64,000 nt of DNA from Octopus vulgaris (Eukaryota), in assembly GCA_951406725.2 (NCBI GenBank), contig OX597840.1:36022001-36086000 (forward strand), given 5' to 3'. Below the pieces are notes generated by a model. That model did not search any database and was not told the DNA's origin. It was given only the letters and a program-made list of their open reading frames with translations. The translations under genes and the position numbers were made by a program. Numbering within the stretch: the first letter of the stretch is position 1; each line of letters opens with the position of its first letter. Positions 14,704 through 28,532 of the stretch are shown here, piece by piece.

Positions 14704-15618
14704 TGTTTCTTTATTAGCCACACAGGGCTGCACACAGATAGAACAAATTACAAGGTAGAGCTTTTCTTTTGAAGGTTTAAGAAAGAAAAAAAAAAAAAAA
14801 AAGGAAGGGGGAGTTTCGATCAAAAGGGATCGTAAAAGGAGAGAAAGAGGACAAAAAAAAAGGGGGTTTAAAAAAAAGGGGGGGAGGAAAAAAAATTGAT
14901 CAATAGGGATCGTTATCACAGAAATGTCAATATGAAGTGTAAAGGGGAGGACAGGTGAGGTTTACCCGTGCAAAGAAAAGCCTACGGAAAAGACCACGGT
15001 AACCTCGGTCAATGATGTCACATTTTATATTTCTTTTTTTTTTTTTTTTGCAAATAAGCAACTCTCTGTTTTCGATTTCTGGGTTCATAGGACTATGCTC
15101 AAGGTGGCTTCGTCATTCATACGTGCCATTCTTGCTACATTCACCCATCTTTTTTTAAAACATTCGCTAGACAAAACTTGCCTCTCTACTCTCACTTTCC
15201 TTTTCAAGTGGTACTTGAAGAAGTTGATGAGAGATTGACCAGAGAGGAAAGTGTTTGTCTCCAATCCTTTCAGACGCGTCCACCAGATACATTCTTTCGC
15301 CATAGCCACAAGGATGATGAAAATAGCTCTTCCTTCCCGTTTGAAGGAAGGAGGCGTGACAATATTGACGATAGACTCAGCTGATAAACCGACTCGTCCC
15401 ACACGTGACAGCAGTTGTTCGACATAAGCCCACAGGTCGGAAATTGTTGGACACTGAACGAGTGCGTGCAGAACGGTTTCGTCGCTCTGACCGCATCTCG
15501 GGCAGGTCGGCCCCGTGTTTCTCGAGCCGTGTCTGTAGAGCTTATCCCGAACGGGTAGCGCTTCTCGGTAGCACTGCCAGGCCAGGGATCTCTGGAAGTT
15601 GTCCATGGGCCCTGGCCC

Positions 15619-15619
<1 letters not shown>
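14704..15619 (-). mobile_element. Tx1/L1-like non-LTR retrotransposon, 5'-truncated (~915 bp), inside (GATA)n
   Basis: ORF2 C-terminus plus ~380-nt 3' UTR ending AATAAAGAAACA(TATC)n; GATA arrays at 14651-14703 and 15620-15662. Confidence 0.92.
15085..15619 (-). pseudogene. Truncated ORF2 C-terminus (zf-RVT / CCHC zinc knuckle) of the Tx1-like LINE
   Basis: Uninterrupted ~178 codons: SLAWQCYREALPV...CPRCGQSDETVLHALVQC...LW...IWWTR, typical of L1/Tx1 ORF2 ends; the N-terminus of the 15085..15735 track ORF is microsatellite read-through. Confidence 0.9.
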
Positions 15620-15662
<43 letters not shown>

Positions 15663-15695
15663 CTGTAAATGTAATATCTGACAATATATAGCCAA

Positions 15696-15756
15696 GATAA
15701 AACTCTGAGTTTCGGATGCCGAGGTGGAAATCCACGCCACCATCTCTTCAGTTATC
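15696..15756 (-). ncRNA. Type I hammerhead ribozyme motif
   Basis: Minus: GATAA-CTGAAGA-GATG..GTGG(ATTT)CCAC..CATC-C-GAAA-CTC-A-GAG-TT|TTATC; stem I GATAA/TTATC; stem III ACTC/GAGT with 1-nt loop. Confidence 0.75.
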
Positions 15757-15763
15757 CGGCGAT

Positions 15764-15796
<33 letters not shown>

Positions 15797-15964
15797 GACT
15801 GGCTACTTTCAGTTTCCGCCTACCTAATACACTCACAAGGCTTTGGTCGGCCCGAGGCTATAGTAGAAGACACTTGCCGAAGGTGCCACGCAGTGGGACT
15901 GAACCCGGAACCATGTGGTTTGTAAGCAAGCTACTTACCACACAGCCACTCCTGCACCCATTAG

Positions 15965-16310
15965 TTTAAAATTTTGGAACAAGGTCGGTAATTTTGGCAG
16001 AGGTGGCTAGTCCAGCAGAAGAACCCCAGTTTGCAACTAGTACTTGTTTTATCGACCGCAAAAGGTTGAAAAGCAAAATCGACCTCGGCGGAATTTGAAC
16101 TCAGAATGTAGAGAAGGACGAAATGTTGGTTAGTGCTTTGCCCGACCTACTAAGCAGTCTGCCAGCTCACCCGCGTTCATGAGAATTTCAAACTTTGGCA
16201 CAAGGCCAGCAATTTCGGGAGAGGGGATAAGTCGATTTCATCGACCCCAGTGTTAAACTGGTGGTCAACTGGAACTTTTTGTATCGACCCCGAAAGGTAG
16301 AAAGCCAAAG
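15965..16310 (-). mobile_element. Two adjacent diverged SINE family A copies
   Basis: GACCTCGGCGGAATTTGAACTCAGAA and TCGACCCCAGTG/TCGACCCCGAAAGG motifs. Confidence 0.8.
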
Positions 16311-16426
16311 ATGAGATAGACAGAGAGAGAGGGGGGAGACAGACAGACAGACAGACAGTCATACACACACACACGCACACACAGACACACACGCACACAC
16401 ACACACACGCGCACAGACAGACATAC

Positions 16427-17006
<580 letters not shown>

Positions 17007-17007
<1 letters not shown>

Positions 17008-17170
17008 GTTTATTTATTGGCCACACAGGGCTGCACACAGATCGGACAAGTTACAAGGTAGAGCTTTTCTTTTGGGGGAAGAAAAAAACTAAAAAAAAAA
17101 GGGGTGGCGTAGGTTTTCGATCAAGAGGGATCGTAAAAGGGAAGAAAAGAACAAAAAAAATTTAAAAAAA
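17007..17170 (-). mobile_element. Tx1/L1-like LINE 3' UTR, copy 5, inside (GATA)n
   Basis: Near-identical to copy 4 but truncated earlier; GATA arrays on both sides. Confidence 0.9.
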
Positions 17171-17181
17171 GACAGATAGAT

Positions 17182-17280
<99 letters not shown>

Positions 17281-18175
17281 CAGACAGATAAATAGGTAAG
17301 TAGTTAGGTAGGTAGGTAGGTAGGTAGGTAGGTAGGTAGGTAGGTAGGTAGGTAGGTAGGTAGGTAGGTAGGCCCTTGTAGAAATTCTCCCGTTCTATTA
17401 TGTTTCCTAACCGAAAACTAAATGTCTAAATCGGAATCAATCCTCTTAAACGTCTCCTAACGGTTAAACATATTCATAAACGTATATCTTCTCTACACCA
17501 ATCGCATCCATTCCGTTCGTTTCGTGCAATAATAATGCTCGACGGCAACAAAGTGTATCCCCGCCATTCTATCTTCTTCGTTTCAGTAAATGAAATAAGA
17601 ACGTCATTTGTCAAAGTCGGTGTAAAATACAGCAGACTCTCCTCCGATTCTATGGATGTATTAACGCCGGCAGAACATTGCATTACGCATCTATCTCACC
17701 GGTAAATACCTCTTTAATAGGATTACAAATGTAGACTTGTAGCTTATTGTGGTTTTAACCTGGTCTGTTTCTTCGTTTGTTTTTACCGACCCCTCCTCCG
17801 GTTCGTCTGAAACTCACCGCATTGCTCTCCTTCTCTCTGCCGTCTTGTCTGGTACCCAATCTCTCTCTCTCCCTCGTTCCACGTGAACGCATACATCGTT
17901 AAACACAAACGCACACAAGCAAACCATGTGGATTATAAACACATACATATATATACACACACACATATATATATATATACACACATACATATATACGTAT
18001 GTATACATATATATAAATGGATATGTATATATATATATATGTGTATATGTATATGAATATATGTATATATATGTATATGTATATATGTATATATATATAC
18101 AAATATATATATACATATATATATATATACATATATATGTATATGTATATATATTTGTATATTTGTATATGTTTG

Positions 18176-18223
<48 letters not shown>

Positions 18224-18261
18224 TATACAAATATATATATATTTGTATATGTGTGTATATG

Positions 18262-18301
<40 letters not shown>

Positions 18302-18305
<4 letters not shown>

Positions 18306-18480
18306 ATCTTTAGCACGCCGGGCGAAAGGCTTAGCGTTCTGAGTTCAAATTCCGCCGAGGTCGACTTTACTTTTCATCCTTTCGGGATCGATAAATTAGT
18401 ACCAGTTGCGCACTGCGATCGATCTAATCGACTGGCCCCTCCTCCCAAATTTCATGCCTTGTGTCTATAGTAGAAAGGAT
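18302..18480 (+). mobile_element. SINE family A copy
   Basis: TTAGCACGCCGGGCGAAA...GAGTTCAAATTCCGCCGAGGTCGACTTT...CATCCTTTCGGG. Confidence 0.85.
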
Positions 18481-18669
18481 ATACCTAGGTATAGGTTTGG
18501 TGATGCAAGTAGGAAAATAGAATTCAGAACCTGAGTCTATAAGCGTTTGTTTTTTTCTTTATTAATAATCGGCTGAAAATACAGAATGACTGAAGGGCAG
18601 AAAGTTTCGGTCCTTGATTTGCTCTGTAAGTTCCTATTATTAATAAAAAAAAAAAAACTTACGTGTTGG

Positions 18670-18701
<32 letters not shown>

Positions 18702-18841
18702 CAGAGAGAGAGAACGAGAGAGAAAGTGGGAGATAGACAGAGAGAGACAGACATATTGATAGATAAGTGTATAGATGTGTATGTGAGTGTGTGTGCGTGT
18801 GTGCGTGTGTGTACACGTATATATATATATAAGTGTATGTA

Positions 18842-18873
<32 letters not shown>

Positions 18874-18961
18874 CATATATATATACATATATATATACAT
18901 ATATATATATATATACACACACATATATATATGTAAATATATATATATACATATATATATG

Positions 18962-19030
<69 letters not shown>

Positions 19031-19644
19031 TGTATGTAAATATATATATATATATATAAATGAATATGAATACATAGGTATGTATGCACACAGATAGATA
19101 TACATACATTTAAACATACATATACACACATATCTCTATACATACAGATAACGTGTACGCATAAATATAACATATGTATGTATGTATTATGTATGTATGC
19201 GTGCGTGTATGTATATATGCAACAATAGTCAGAATAGTCTGGTCATACAAATATATACACAAATACATACATTACACACACACACACACACACATACACA
19301 CACAACACACACACACAGAGTCGTGGTTTATTACCACAGTTCTTGAGATGTTCGCACACATCTAATAACTGCCTGCAGTAGAATGTTTCAATATATATCA
19401 TAGAAACTGTAATTTGTCTGACTCCCAAGAAAGCAGTTTCCATCGACCAGGAACCGATGGCCGAAGCGAGTGGCTGATTTCGAAGTCTAAGTGACGGATA
19501 AACCATCAAGGGGCATATTAGAATTTGCTCACCTATATGTTTGAACGTTAGTACACTGTCCGGTTTAATACAGGGATGGCGGTCAGAGAAACTGACAGCG
19601 ATGTCGGCACGTCGTTTATGGCCGCTTCGGTAGCACAACACGGT

Positions 19645-20107
19645 AAGGTGTTGAGGGCAGATAGTGTTAAGGTGTTAAGGGCAGATGGCGTTAAGGTGTT
19701 AAGGGCAGAAGGTGTTAAGGGCAGATAGTGTTAATGTGTCAAGGGCAGAATGTGTTAAGGACAGAAGGTATTGAAGGCAGATGGTGTTAAGGTGTTAAGG
19801 GCAGATGGTGTTAAGAGCAGAAGGTGTTAAGGGCAGAAGGTGTTAATGTGTTAAGGGTGGAAGTTGTTAAGGGAAGATGGTGTTAAGGTGTTAAGGGCAG
19901 AAAGTATTAAGGTATTAAGGGCAGAAGGTATTAAAGGCAGATGGTGTTAAGGTGTTAAGGGCAGCTGGTGTTAAGGTGTTAAGGGCAGAAGGTGTTAAGG
20001 GCAGATGGTGTTAAGGTCACAAGGGCAGAAGGTGTTAAGGGCAGATGGTATTAAGGTGTTAAGGGCAGATGGTCTTAAGGTGTTAAGGGCAGACATTGAT
20101 AAGGGCA
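19645..20107. repeat. Minisatellite built from 8-mers GGTGTTAA and GGGCAGA(T/A)
   Basis: 16- and 24-bp composite periods over ~460 bp. Confidence 0.92.
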
Positions 20108-20179
20108 GGATGGAGGAAAATTTATTAGGATCATCTGGCTTCAATTAACTTGGTGTACCTATCCATCCTCCCCATGAAG

Positions 20180-20830
20180 TCCTCATAGAAGTCCTACAAA
20201 GTAAAGGAGTCCTAGACCCTGGTTGTACCCTCCTTCATTTTCTCCATGTCTTTAAAACTATCGCCCTTCAGTTCTTCCTTCATTTTGGAGAAGAACCAAA
20301 AGCCACAGGGAACTAGGGCCGCTCTATAAGAAGGATGAGGGACAGTTTTGATGCCCACCTCTATCAAGTAGTTGCTTATTGAGACGCTCGTCATTGACCA
20401 CCCTCGGAACAAACTTTCTACAAATGTTGCTTATGTTCAGACCTTTGCGAATAATTCTGTGTACAGTTGTCACATCAACCCCAAACTATATGCTTATCAC
20501 CATTCGAGACACACGACGATCTTCTTCCAGAAAACCGCGTAAAAAGTTAATCCATAAGTAACCAGGAGCGTTTTATAACTTCCGGTAGCGTTTTTCCCAG
20601 TTTGACACGAAACTCTGTTGTGTAGCGTGCTTCCAAATTGTCTTCCGGTTCTGACTGCATTCTGCAATCTAGTCAGCTGTGACGAGCAGTGTTTTGTAGC
20701 GTGTGTTCAAAGTGCTGTTCCAGCCGTCTCCTTCAAACTGCAATAACAGAACTCAGCAGGGCAGCTTATAAGATGTATAGCAATGGTGTAGTAAATTTAC
20801 GATAATTTCCGGCAATTATAACTACCTCTG
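20180..20830 (-). mobile_element. Degenerate, internally deleted mariner (DD34D-type) transposon
   Basis: IKTVPHPSYRAALVPCGFWFFSKMKEELKG resembles HPPYSPDLAPCDFWLFPKLK; EEDRRVS..TVHRII HTH remnant upstream. Confidence 0.8.
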
Positions 20831-21393
20831 CTAAAACCGTCGCATTAATTCTGTAAGCAATTCGTATATTTCTAAGACAGAGGTTTTCCACCAAAATGGT
20901 GATAAGATAATACCTTTTCTCTTTTCCTCTTTTTTAGTCGTTAGACTACGGCAATGCTGGAGCACCAACTTCAAAGATTTTAGCCGACGAAAATGACAAC
21001 GGAACACGCTGTCTCGCAGCAGGAAGGCAAAATTAATGTTCCTGTGAAACACAAAGTTCCTAACAGAAGGAATTTCAATTTCTTGGCATAATTTTTCACC
21101 GAAAGTTCATTCTATGTCGCAACTTCGAAATATATCAATATGTCGATATTGTATTTTCAAAACAAATGGGAAAATATATGGTAAAAAAACAAAAAACCCT
21201 CAAAAAATAAAAGAAGAAACGGAGAATTTAGAATTTATTTCTTTTTCTCTTTTTTTTTCTCGTTTATTAAGTTATTGGAAGAAGAGAAATTTTAAAGTTC
21301 GATATGATTTGTCATCACACAAATATACAAACACACACAGACACGTACACATGTACACACGCATGAAACATGCACACATACACAGACGTATAC

Positions 21394-21503
<110 letters not shown>

Positions 21504-21511
21504 ACATATAT

Positions 21512-21558
<47 letters not shown>

Positions 21559-21724
21559 AATATAAATATAAGCGTATAGACGTATGTATATCCAAATATA
21601 GGAAAGTATATACGCACTCACACGCGTATATATATATATTTTAGAGTAGATACTTATGTATATATATATATAAATATATCTTCATGTATATACACATATT
21701 CATATATGTTTATATGTATATTCA

Positions 21725-21762
<38 letters not shown>

Positions 21763-21857
21763 TATATACTCTTAAATATATGTACATATATATCTGTATG
21801 TATCTACGTATATACATATATATGTAAATATATCTGTGTATATACATACATATATAC

Positions 21858-21915
<58 letters not shown>

Positions 21916-22105
21916 ATAACTATATATGAATGTATCGTTAAGAGGAATCCACTAAAGATCTCCATAAACAAGAGTTTAGATTGATATAATTTAATATAAT
22001 GTATTTTGTAGACTAACTAAATATAATCAATTCAAGATAGATACATGCATTAAAATTAACAAACACAGGCACACACAAACACACACAACACACACAGTCA
22101 AACAC

Positions 22106-22148
<43 letters not shown>

Positions 22149-22163
22149 TATACATACACACAC

Positions 22164-22202
<39 letters not shown>

Positions 22203-22215
22203 CGGGCTTCTGTCG

Positions 22216-22248
<33 letters not shown>

Positions 22249-22812
22249 GTGTATGTAGGTATATATATATACGTATGTGTATATATGTATATACACAGAT
22301 ATATACATGTGTGTGTGTGTATATAAATATATAGACATGTATGGCATGTGCAATGGCATTTGTTTAGTATCAGTTCACTGTTATCATTTTTCTATGACAT
22401 GGATAAAAAAAAATGGTTGTTTGAGATTTTCTTCTGATTTTTGTTGTTTTTTTTATTTTACATTACTGATTCTTTTTTGTTTTGTTTTTTTTTTTTCTTT
22501 TTTATAGTTTGACTTTTTCGCCCAGTTTCGCTAGAAAATTCTTTACTCTACGCAACAGAGGGAAAAATCAAGAAACTTTCGTCTCTATTCGTATTTACAT
22601 ATATATAGCCACACACATGTATATAAATCATTTATATATATATATTATTGACGTCATAAGAATTTCATAAACTTTTGAATGACAGGGAAATAATTCTTTT
22701 TGGAATAGTGTATTTCGAAGCACACACACGCGCGCGCATATATATATATATATATACATATATATATAAATATCTATATATATATATGTATGTATATATG
22801 TGTGTATATATA

Positions 22813-22843
<31 letters not shown>

Positions 22844-22993
22844 GTACGTTTTTATGAATGTATATATGTATGCATGCTTGCATACCTGAATGTATCCAAA
22901 TGTGTATGTATATATATATATATATATGTATATATATGTAGGTTGATAGATACATACATACATACATAGAAAGACATACAGATAGGTAGGTAG

Positions 22994-23024
<31 letters not shown>

Positions 23025-23047
23025 AATAGATAGATAGATATATATAT

Positions 23048-23155
<108 letters not shown>

Positions 23156-23164
23156 ATAGATAGT

Positions 23165-23585
23165 TGCAGGTTCGGCTGAGTGGTAAAAAGTTTGCTTCTC
23201 AACTCTCTGGTTCTGCATCCATTTCCACTGCCTGGCACCTTGGGCAAGTGTCTTCTACTACAGCCGCTCAAAGGCTTGTGAGTGAACTTGGCAGGCGGAA
23301 ACTGAAAGAAGCGTGGCATAAATATAGAATGTGTGTGTGTGTGTGTTTTCGTGTTTGTGCTTGTCTCTCCGTTTGTCCTACCGCTTAACAACCGGTACTG
23401 GTTTGTTTACTTCCCCATTAACAGAAGGGCCGGCAAAAAAAAGAACCGATTGAATGAGTTCCAAAGCTTCAAAGTAAATAGGCAAATACATAAACCAATA
23501 AGTACAGAGGTTCATTTCTTTGACAAAGCCTATTAAGGCGTTGGCCCCATCATAGCCGCAGTCTAGTGACTGAAAGAATTTGATA
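23165..23585 (+). mobile_element. Diverged SINE family B copy
   Basis: TGGCACCTTGGGCAAGTGTCTTCTACTA, GGAAACTGAAAGAAGC and GCCGCAGTC..TGACTGAAA. Confidence 0.8.
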
Positions 23586-23848
23586 GAAGGCGCCAAATCG
23601 GAGGTTGTATCGATTATGATACACAAGGCCATCATCGTCATCGTCGTCATGGCCGCCGCCGCCGCCTTCATCGTCGTCATCACCATCATCACCGCCGTCA
23701 TCTATATTAACACAGACTTGTTGTGTGACGTATCCCACCCGAGGATTTCAGTTCCGCTTAGTGTGCATAATTTTATGTATTTTTATGCATTAGTCATAAC
23801 AGGACGATTTCACCTAGCGAGTATATGTTATTTACTTGCTAAACAAAA

Positions 23849-24179
23849 ATCAGAAACCAATTGGTCCAGGAAACTAGATGGTAAAATGCTTTTATTTTTT
23901 CATTTCGTTCCTGCCGAATTTTATCCCTAATTTTGTGGTTTTGGAACCTAGCTGTACTTTCTAGCGTGTTGAATCCCACGAGTGGATTCCTTATACGTTT
24001 AAATATTCATATATATATATATATCAGAAACCAATTGGTCCAGGAAACTTGATAGTAAAATGTTTTTATTTTTTCATTTCGTTCCTGCCGAATTTTATCC
24101 CTAATTTTGTGGTTTTGGAACCTAGCTGTTCTTTCTAGCGTGTTGAATACCACGAGTGGATTCCTTATGCGTTTAAATA

Positions 24180-24224
<45 letters not shown>

Positions 24225-25041
24225 CCACACCTTGAATACTGCTGCCCACTGTGGTCTCCTCACACAAGACAAAATATCTCCAGAATTGAGTCACCCCAGA
24301 GGGCTCTCACTAAACAAATTGAAGGCATGGCTGCTCTCGATTATTGGGATCGCCTTAAAGCCTTGAAACTTTACTCCCTCCAGCGTCGCCGTGAGCGGTA
24401 CATCATTTGTACGATGTGGAAAATATACCGCCAACTTTGCCCAAACGACCTAAACATTAGCTTGAAGGTTCATCCAAGACTTGGACCACGGGCTATACGT
24501 CCCCTGCCAAATTCAAGATCACAACATACACGTACACTGCAACATAATTTCTTTTCCTCAACAGGCCCTGCCCTATTTAACATTGTCCCGAGGGAGATCA
24601 AAGAGGAAAAGGATCCCATCAACTTCAAACAGAGTCTGGATAGATTCCTTCAAAGAATATCAGATAAGCCACCCATAATTGGATACAACTCACCCAACAA
24701 GAACTCACTACTTGAACAAAAATGGATACAACTCACCCAACAAGAACTCACTACTTGAACAAAACTTGACTTAAACAGGATTCGAATAATCCTATCAGGT
24801 GGTGCTATTAAGTTAGACATGGCCTGGACCAATCTCTGGTCGAAACATATCTAAGTTTTATCTAAGTTTTATATATATATATATATCAGAAACCAATTGG
24901 TCCAGGAAACTTGATAGTAAAATGTTTTTATTTTTTCATTTCGTTCCTGTCGAATCTTATCCCTAATTTTGTGGTTTTGGAACCTAGCTGTTCTTTTTAG
25001 CGTGTTGAATCCCACGAGTGGATTCCTTATGTGTTTAAATG
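23849..25041. repeat. Three direct copies of a ~160-bp unit (23849, 24023, 24885) separated by (TA)n
   Basis: ATCAGAAACCAATTGGTCCAGGAAAC...GTGGATTCCTTAT..GTTTAAAT occurs three times. Confidence 0.92.
24223..24869 (+). mobile_element. CR1-like LINE, 5'-truncated, inserted in (TA)n
   Basis: Open frame 24225-24758: PHLEYCCPLWSP...YWDRLKALKLYSLQRRRERY...GPALFNIVP...FKQSLDRFL; tail (ATCTAAGTTTT)2. Confidence 0.88.
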
Positions 25042-25334
25042 TACACTGTATTTTATGAGTAACACATAGTCTTTGGACTAAATTTTTACACGTTAGGCCA
25101 CTGGAAATGGAAATTTTAATTAATTTCCATTTCCCTTTGATATGATTATGCATTTTTATATAGGTATGAGTATGTGTATATAGGTATGAGTATAAATAAA
25201 AACAAATTAAACGAACGTGTACAAACAGGGGATACAGATAATACAGGCACTCCACACACACACACATGTGCACTTACTAAACATAGACACGCATAGGGGT
25301 ATATGCATGCGCAAATAAAGACACATACAATAGG

Positions 25335-25490
25335 AATACAAAATACAAAATGGCTGATCGTTAGTAAGGAGAGACACACAAATAAGAAAGAAGGCAAAGA
25401 ACCACTGATGAGATCACAGAAAGATCTGAAATACGATTAATGTAACAAAAAAAAAATAAGGCTGAAGTAAATTAACACCAAATATATAGT
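25335..25490 (+). mobile_element. Short dispersed repeat (pLTR-like) with hammerhead-like core
   Basis: Homologous to 56405-56578; CTGATGA-GATC..GATC-T-GAAA; stems I and III not intact. Confidence 0.5.
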
Positions 25491-25538
25491 GCGTGTGTTT
25501 TTATTGGGTAAACTGGCAACAAGACCATCCCCAAGTAG

Positions 25539-25655
<117 letters not shown>

Positions 25656-25846
25656 GATATATATTATATAAATGTATGCATAATACGTGTATACATATCT
25701 ATACCCATATATTCATGTCTAAATTTCTACATGTTACATAAATATATATATATATAATTAGAAAGAAAAAAAACCTTTTATCAATTCAAAAAGAACAATT
25801 AAATTACACTGTAAGTTAGGAATAATATTCCCTCAAATTATTATTA

Positions 25847-25904
<58 letters not shown>

Positions 25905-26236
25905 CAAATTAAATATATATATTATAAAACGTATATACAAATGCAGATATAAAGTATGTATATTAGAATACATACATATATACATATATATATACACATA
26001 TATGTGAGTGTATATGTGTGTATGTGTGTCTATGTGTGTGTGAGTGTATGTATGATTGCATAGTGTCTATATCTGTATGTGTCTGAAGTTAATATAAAAC
26101 TGTAAGTTTTATGATTTCGCCATTATTTCTTGTCCATATTCGCATACGCATGTCTCTTTCTTTCTTTCATCTTTCCCTCACTGCTCTCTCTATCTCTTTC
26201 TCGCTCTTTCTTTGTATATGTGTGTGTGCTTGTCGG

Positions 26237-26287
<51 letters not shown>

Positions 26288-26784
26288 AGAGAGAGATTGA
26301 AAAAGGTACATACAAAGATACATACACATACGCACATACATACATGCATACGTATGTTCATGCATGTAATCCTAATTGCATGCACACATACATACGTACA
26401 CACATGCATACATACATACATATACACATGCATACATACGTACATGCATCTATGCAATCATGCAAGTGCGTCTGCCGGTATGCCCGTACGGATGTATGCA
26501 TTGTATGCGCACATATGAACTATTTATTTGTCATTGTGAGGGATTTATGATATATAATCGTTAACGATTTCATCTTTGAAGGAGAGGAAGTAGGATGAGG
26601 CGGAGGGGGAGGAGAAGAAGAAGAAAAGGAAGAACAACAACAACAACGTCAACGATGACTACGACAATAGCAACAACAATACTAACAAAAATAAAGAAAG
26701 AATTGTAATAATAAGGATGATGGTGGTGGTGATTGTGGTGGTCGTGGTGACGACGATACTACTACGACTACTACTACTACTACG

Positions 26785-26816
<32 letters not shown>

Positions 26817-27399
26817 AACTACTACTACTACTAGTAGTAGTAGAAATTGTAGTAGTAGTAGACAATTATAGATTGTAAATTTATTCTGTCCACTTACCTA
26901 TCTGTATAGTGGCCATTTGCAAACTCAAGAGGTGACACTTTCATTTCCTCTTAGCCCTCATGTCACACAATTGTTAATGTTTATTTGAGTTGGTTCAAGC
27001 CCATCCAGTTGCTATAGATCCGTAATTCATTTTGCGGCTGTGCCTGTCGCCTGTATGGTGAGGAATCCTACATTGGTAGTGGTAACGACTAGGGTAGCGT
27101 AGCTGACTGCTTATTGTGATCATTCGTCTTTTGGTTTCTTGTAGCTTTGCTCTCTTTTACAAACCCAGTGAACATACATATATTTCTTATTTGAGAAATT
27201 CAAACAATAGATATAAGACCCAAGTTAAAAAGATTCTCAACAATTCAACTTCTCTGCTTGACATTAAGACACCCACCACCAACAGGGGCCTTAACTCCCA
27301 CATTTTAGAGCTCCACGACCTCCATTTTTCAAGAGCAAAATCCTTTTAACATGTTCCATGAGACTGGAATTTTGGAATCTGCGCATAGAGATCAGTAGT

Positions 27400-27577
27400 A
27401 TGGGATACATGTGTCATGATTAGAATTCTTTAGGGTGTGTAAAAAGGGAAAGAACCCTCATCTGCAATTTTGATGAAATTCAAATCATAGGTATTCCAGT
27501 TCATGAGAGAAAATATAACAGAAAAGTCTAATTCTTCAATTCTATGTAACACGGGCAACGCCGGGTATCTCTGCTAG
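27400..27577 (+). mobile_element. Helitron 3' terminus (5' boundary unclear)
   Basis: ACGGGCAACGCCGGGT hairpin-like motif then CTGCTAG|T. Confidence 0.7.
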
Positions 27578-27822
27578 TGTATATATATATATATATATAT
27601 ATACATGTACGTATAGACATATATATACATATATACATGTACATATACACATGCACACATCTTTATGCCCTCACACACACACGCACATATATATGCACTC
27701 ACACATATATACATACATATACATATATATATGTAGGTCTTTGTATGGATATTATACTTATATATGTAATAATTCTTCGTATATATACATTATGCATATA
27801 CATATATATATATATACACGCT

Positions 27823-27901
<79 letters not shown>

Positions 27902-28427
27902 TCACGTACACATGTATACGCCTGTATATGTGTCTTAAATTGATTTGTTTTTTCTTCCCCGATATTTCCATTCGTTCAATATGTCAACTAAAATAACAGA
28001 TTTATAGGTAGGGTTATGGTATGTGTGTTTGTGTATGTTTATGTGTATCTATGCACTCGCGTGTGTGTGCGTGTGCGTGCCTGTGTGTATGTGTGTGTGT
28101 GTGTACGTTTCTGTGTAAGCATTAGTGTGTGTGTGTTTCGAGCCGTAAGTGCATGCCAGCGCTTCTGGTCTTATGAGTAGGAAACGGTATGCATGCGTTT
28201 ATAAATGTATATATATGAATGTGTGTGTGTGTGTGTGTAATTGTGTCTATAAATGCTTATAGATATATATGTGTGTGTGTGTGTGTGTATGAATGTATGA
28301 CTGTGTTTGTGTGTATATGATTGAATGTTTGTTTGTAGGTTTGTGTATAAATGCGTATATTACTTGTCTGTACGAAAAGGAGAACGCATGTGCAGGCTTG
28401 AATGTGATCGTGCGTTTCAACACATAC

Positions 28428-28460
<33 letters not shown>

Positions 28461-28485
28461 TGTATGTATGTATGTATGTATGTAT

Positions 28486-28516
<31 letters not shown>

Positions 28517-28532
28517 AATATATATATATATA

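Larger units (their letters stand above)
14393..15955 (-). mobile_element. SINE family B split at its internal microsatellite by nested insertions
   Basis: 3' half at 14393-14620 and 5' half at 15797-15955, co-oriented; between them (TA)n, (GATA)n, a Tx1 fragment and a hammerhead fragment. Confidence 0.8.

Noticed and set aside
17474-17683. 69-aa non-repetitive minus ORF as a host exon
   Set aside because: No recognisable domain or convincing splice signals; cannot be excluded without RNA-seq
19380-19641. Possible LINE endonuclease remnant
   Set aside because: Only vague resemblance; no diagnostic motif
27116-27349. 77-aa ORF as a Helitron-borne endonuclease fragment
   Set aside because: Only a PTT-like motif; too weak to call
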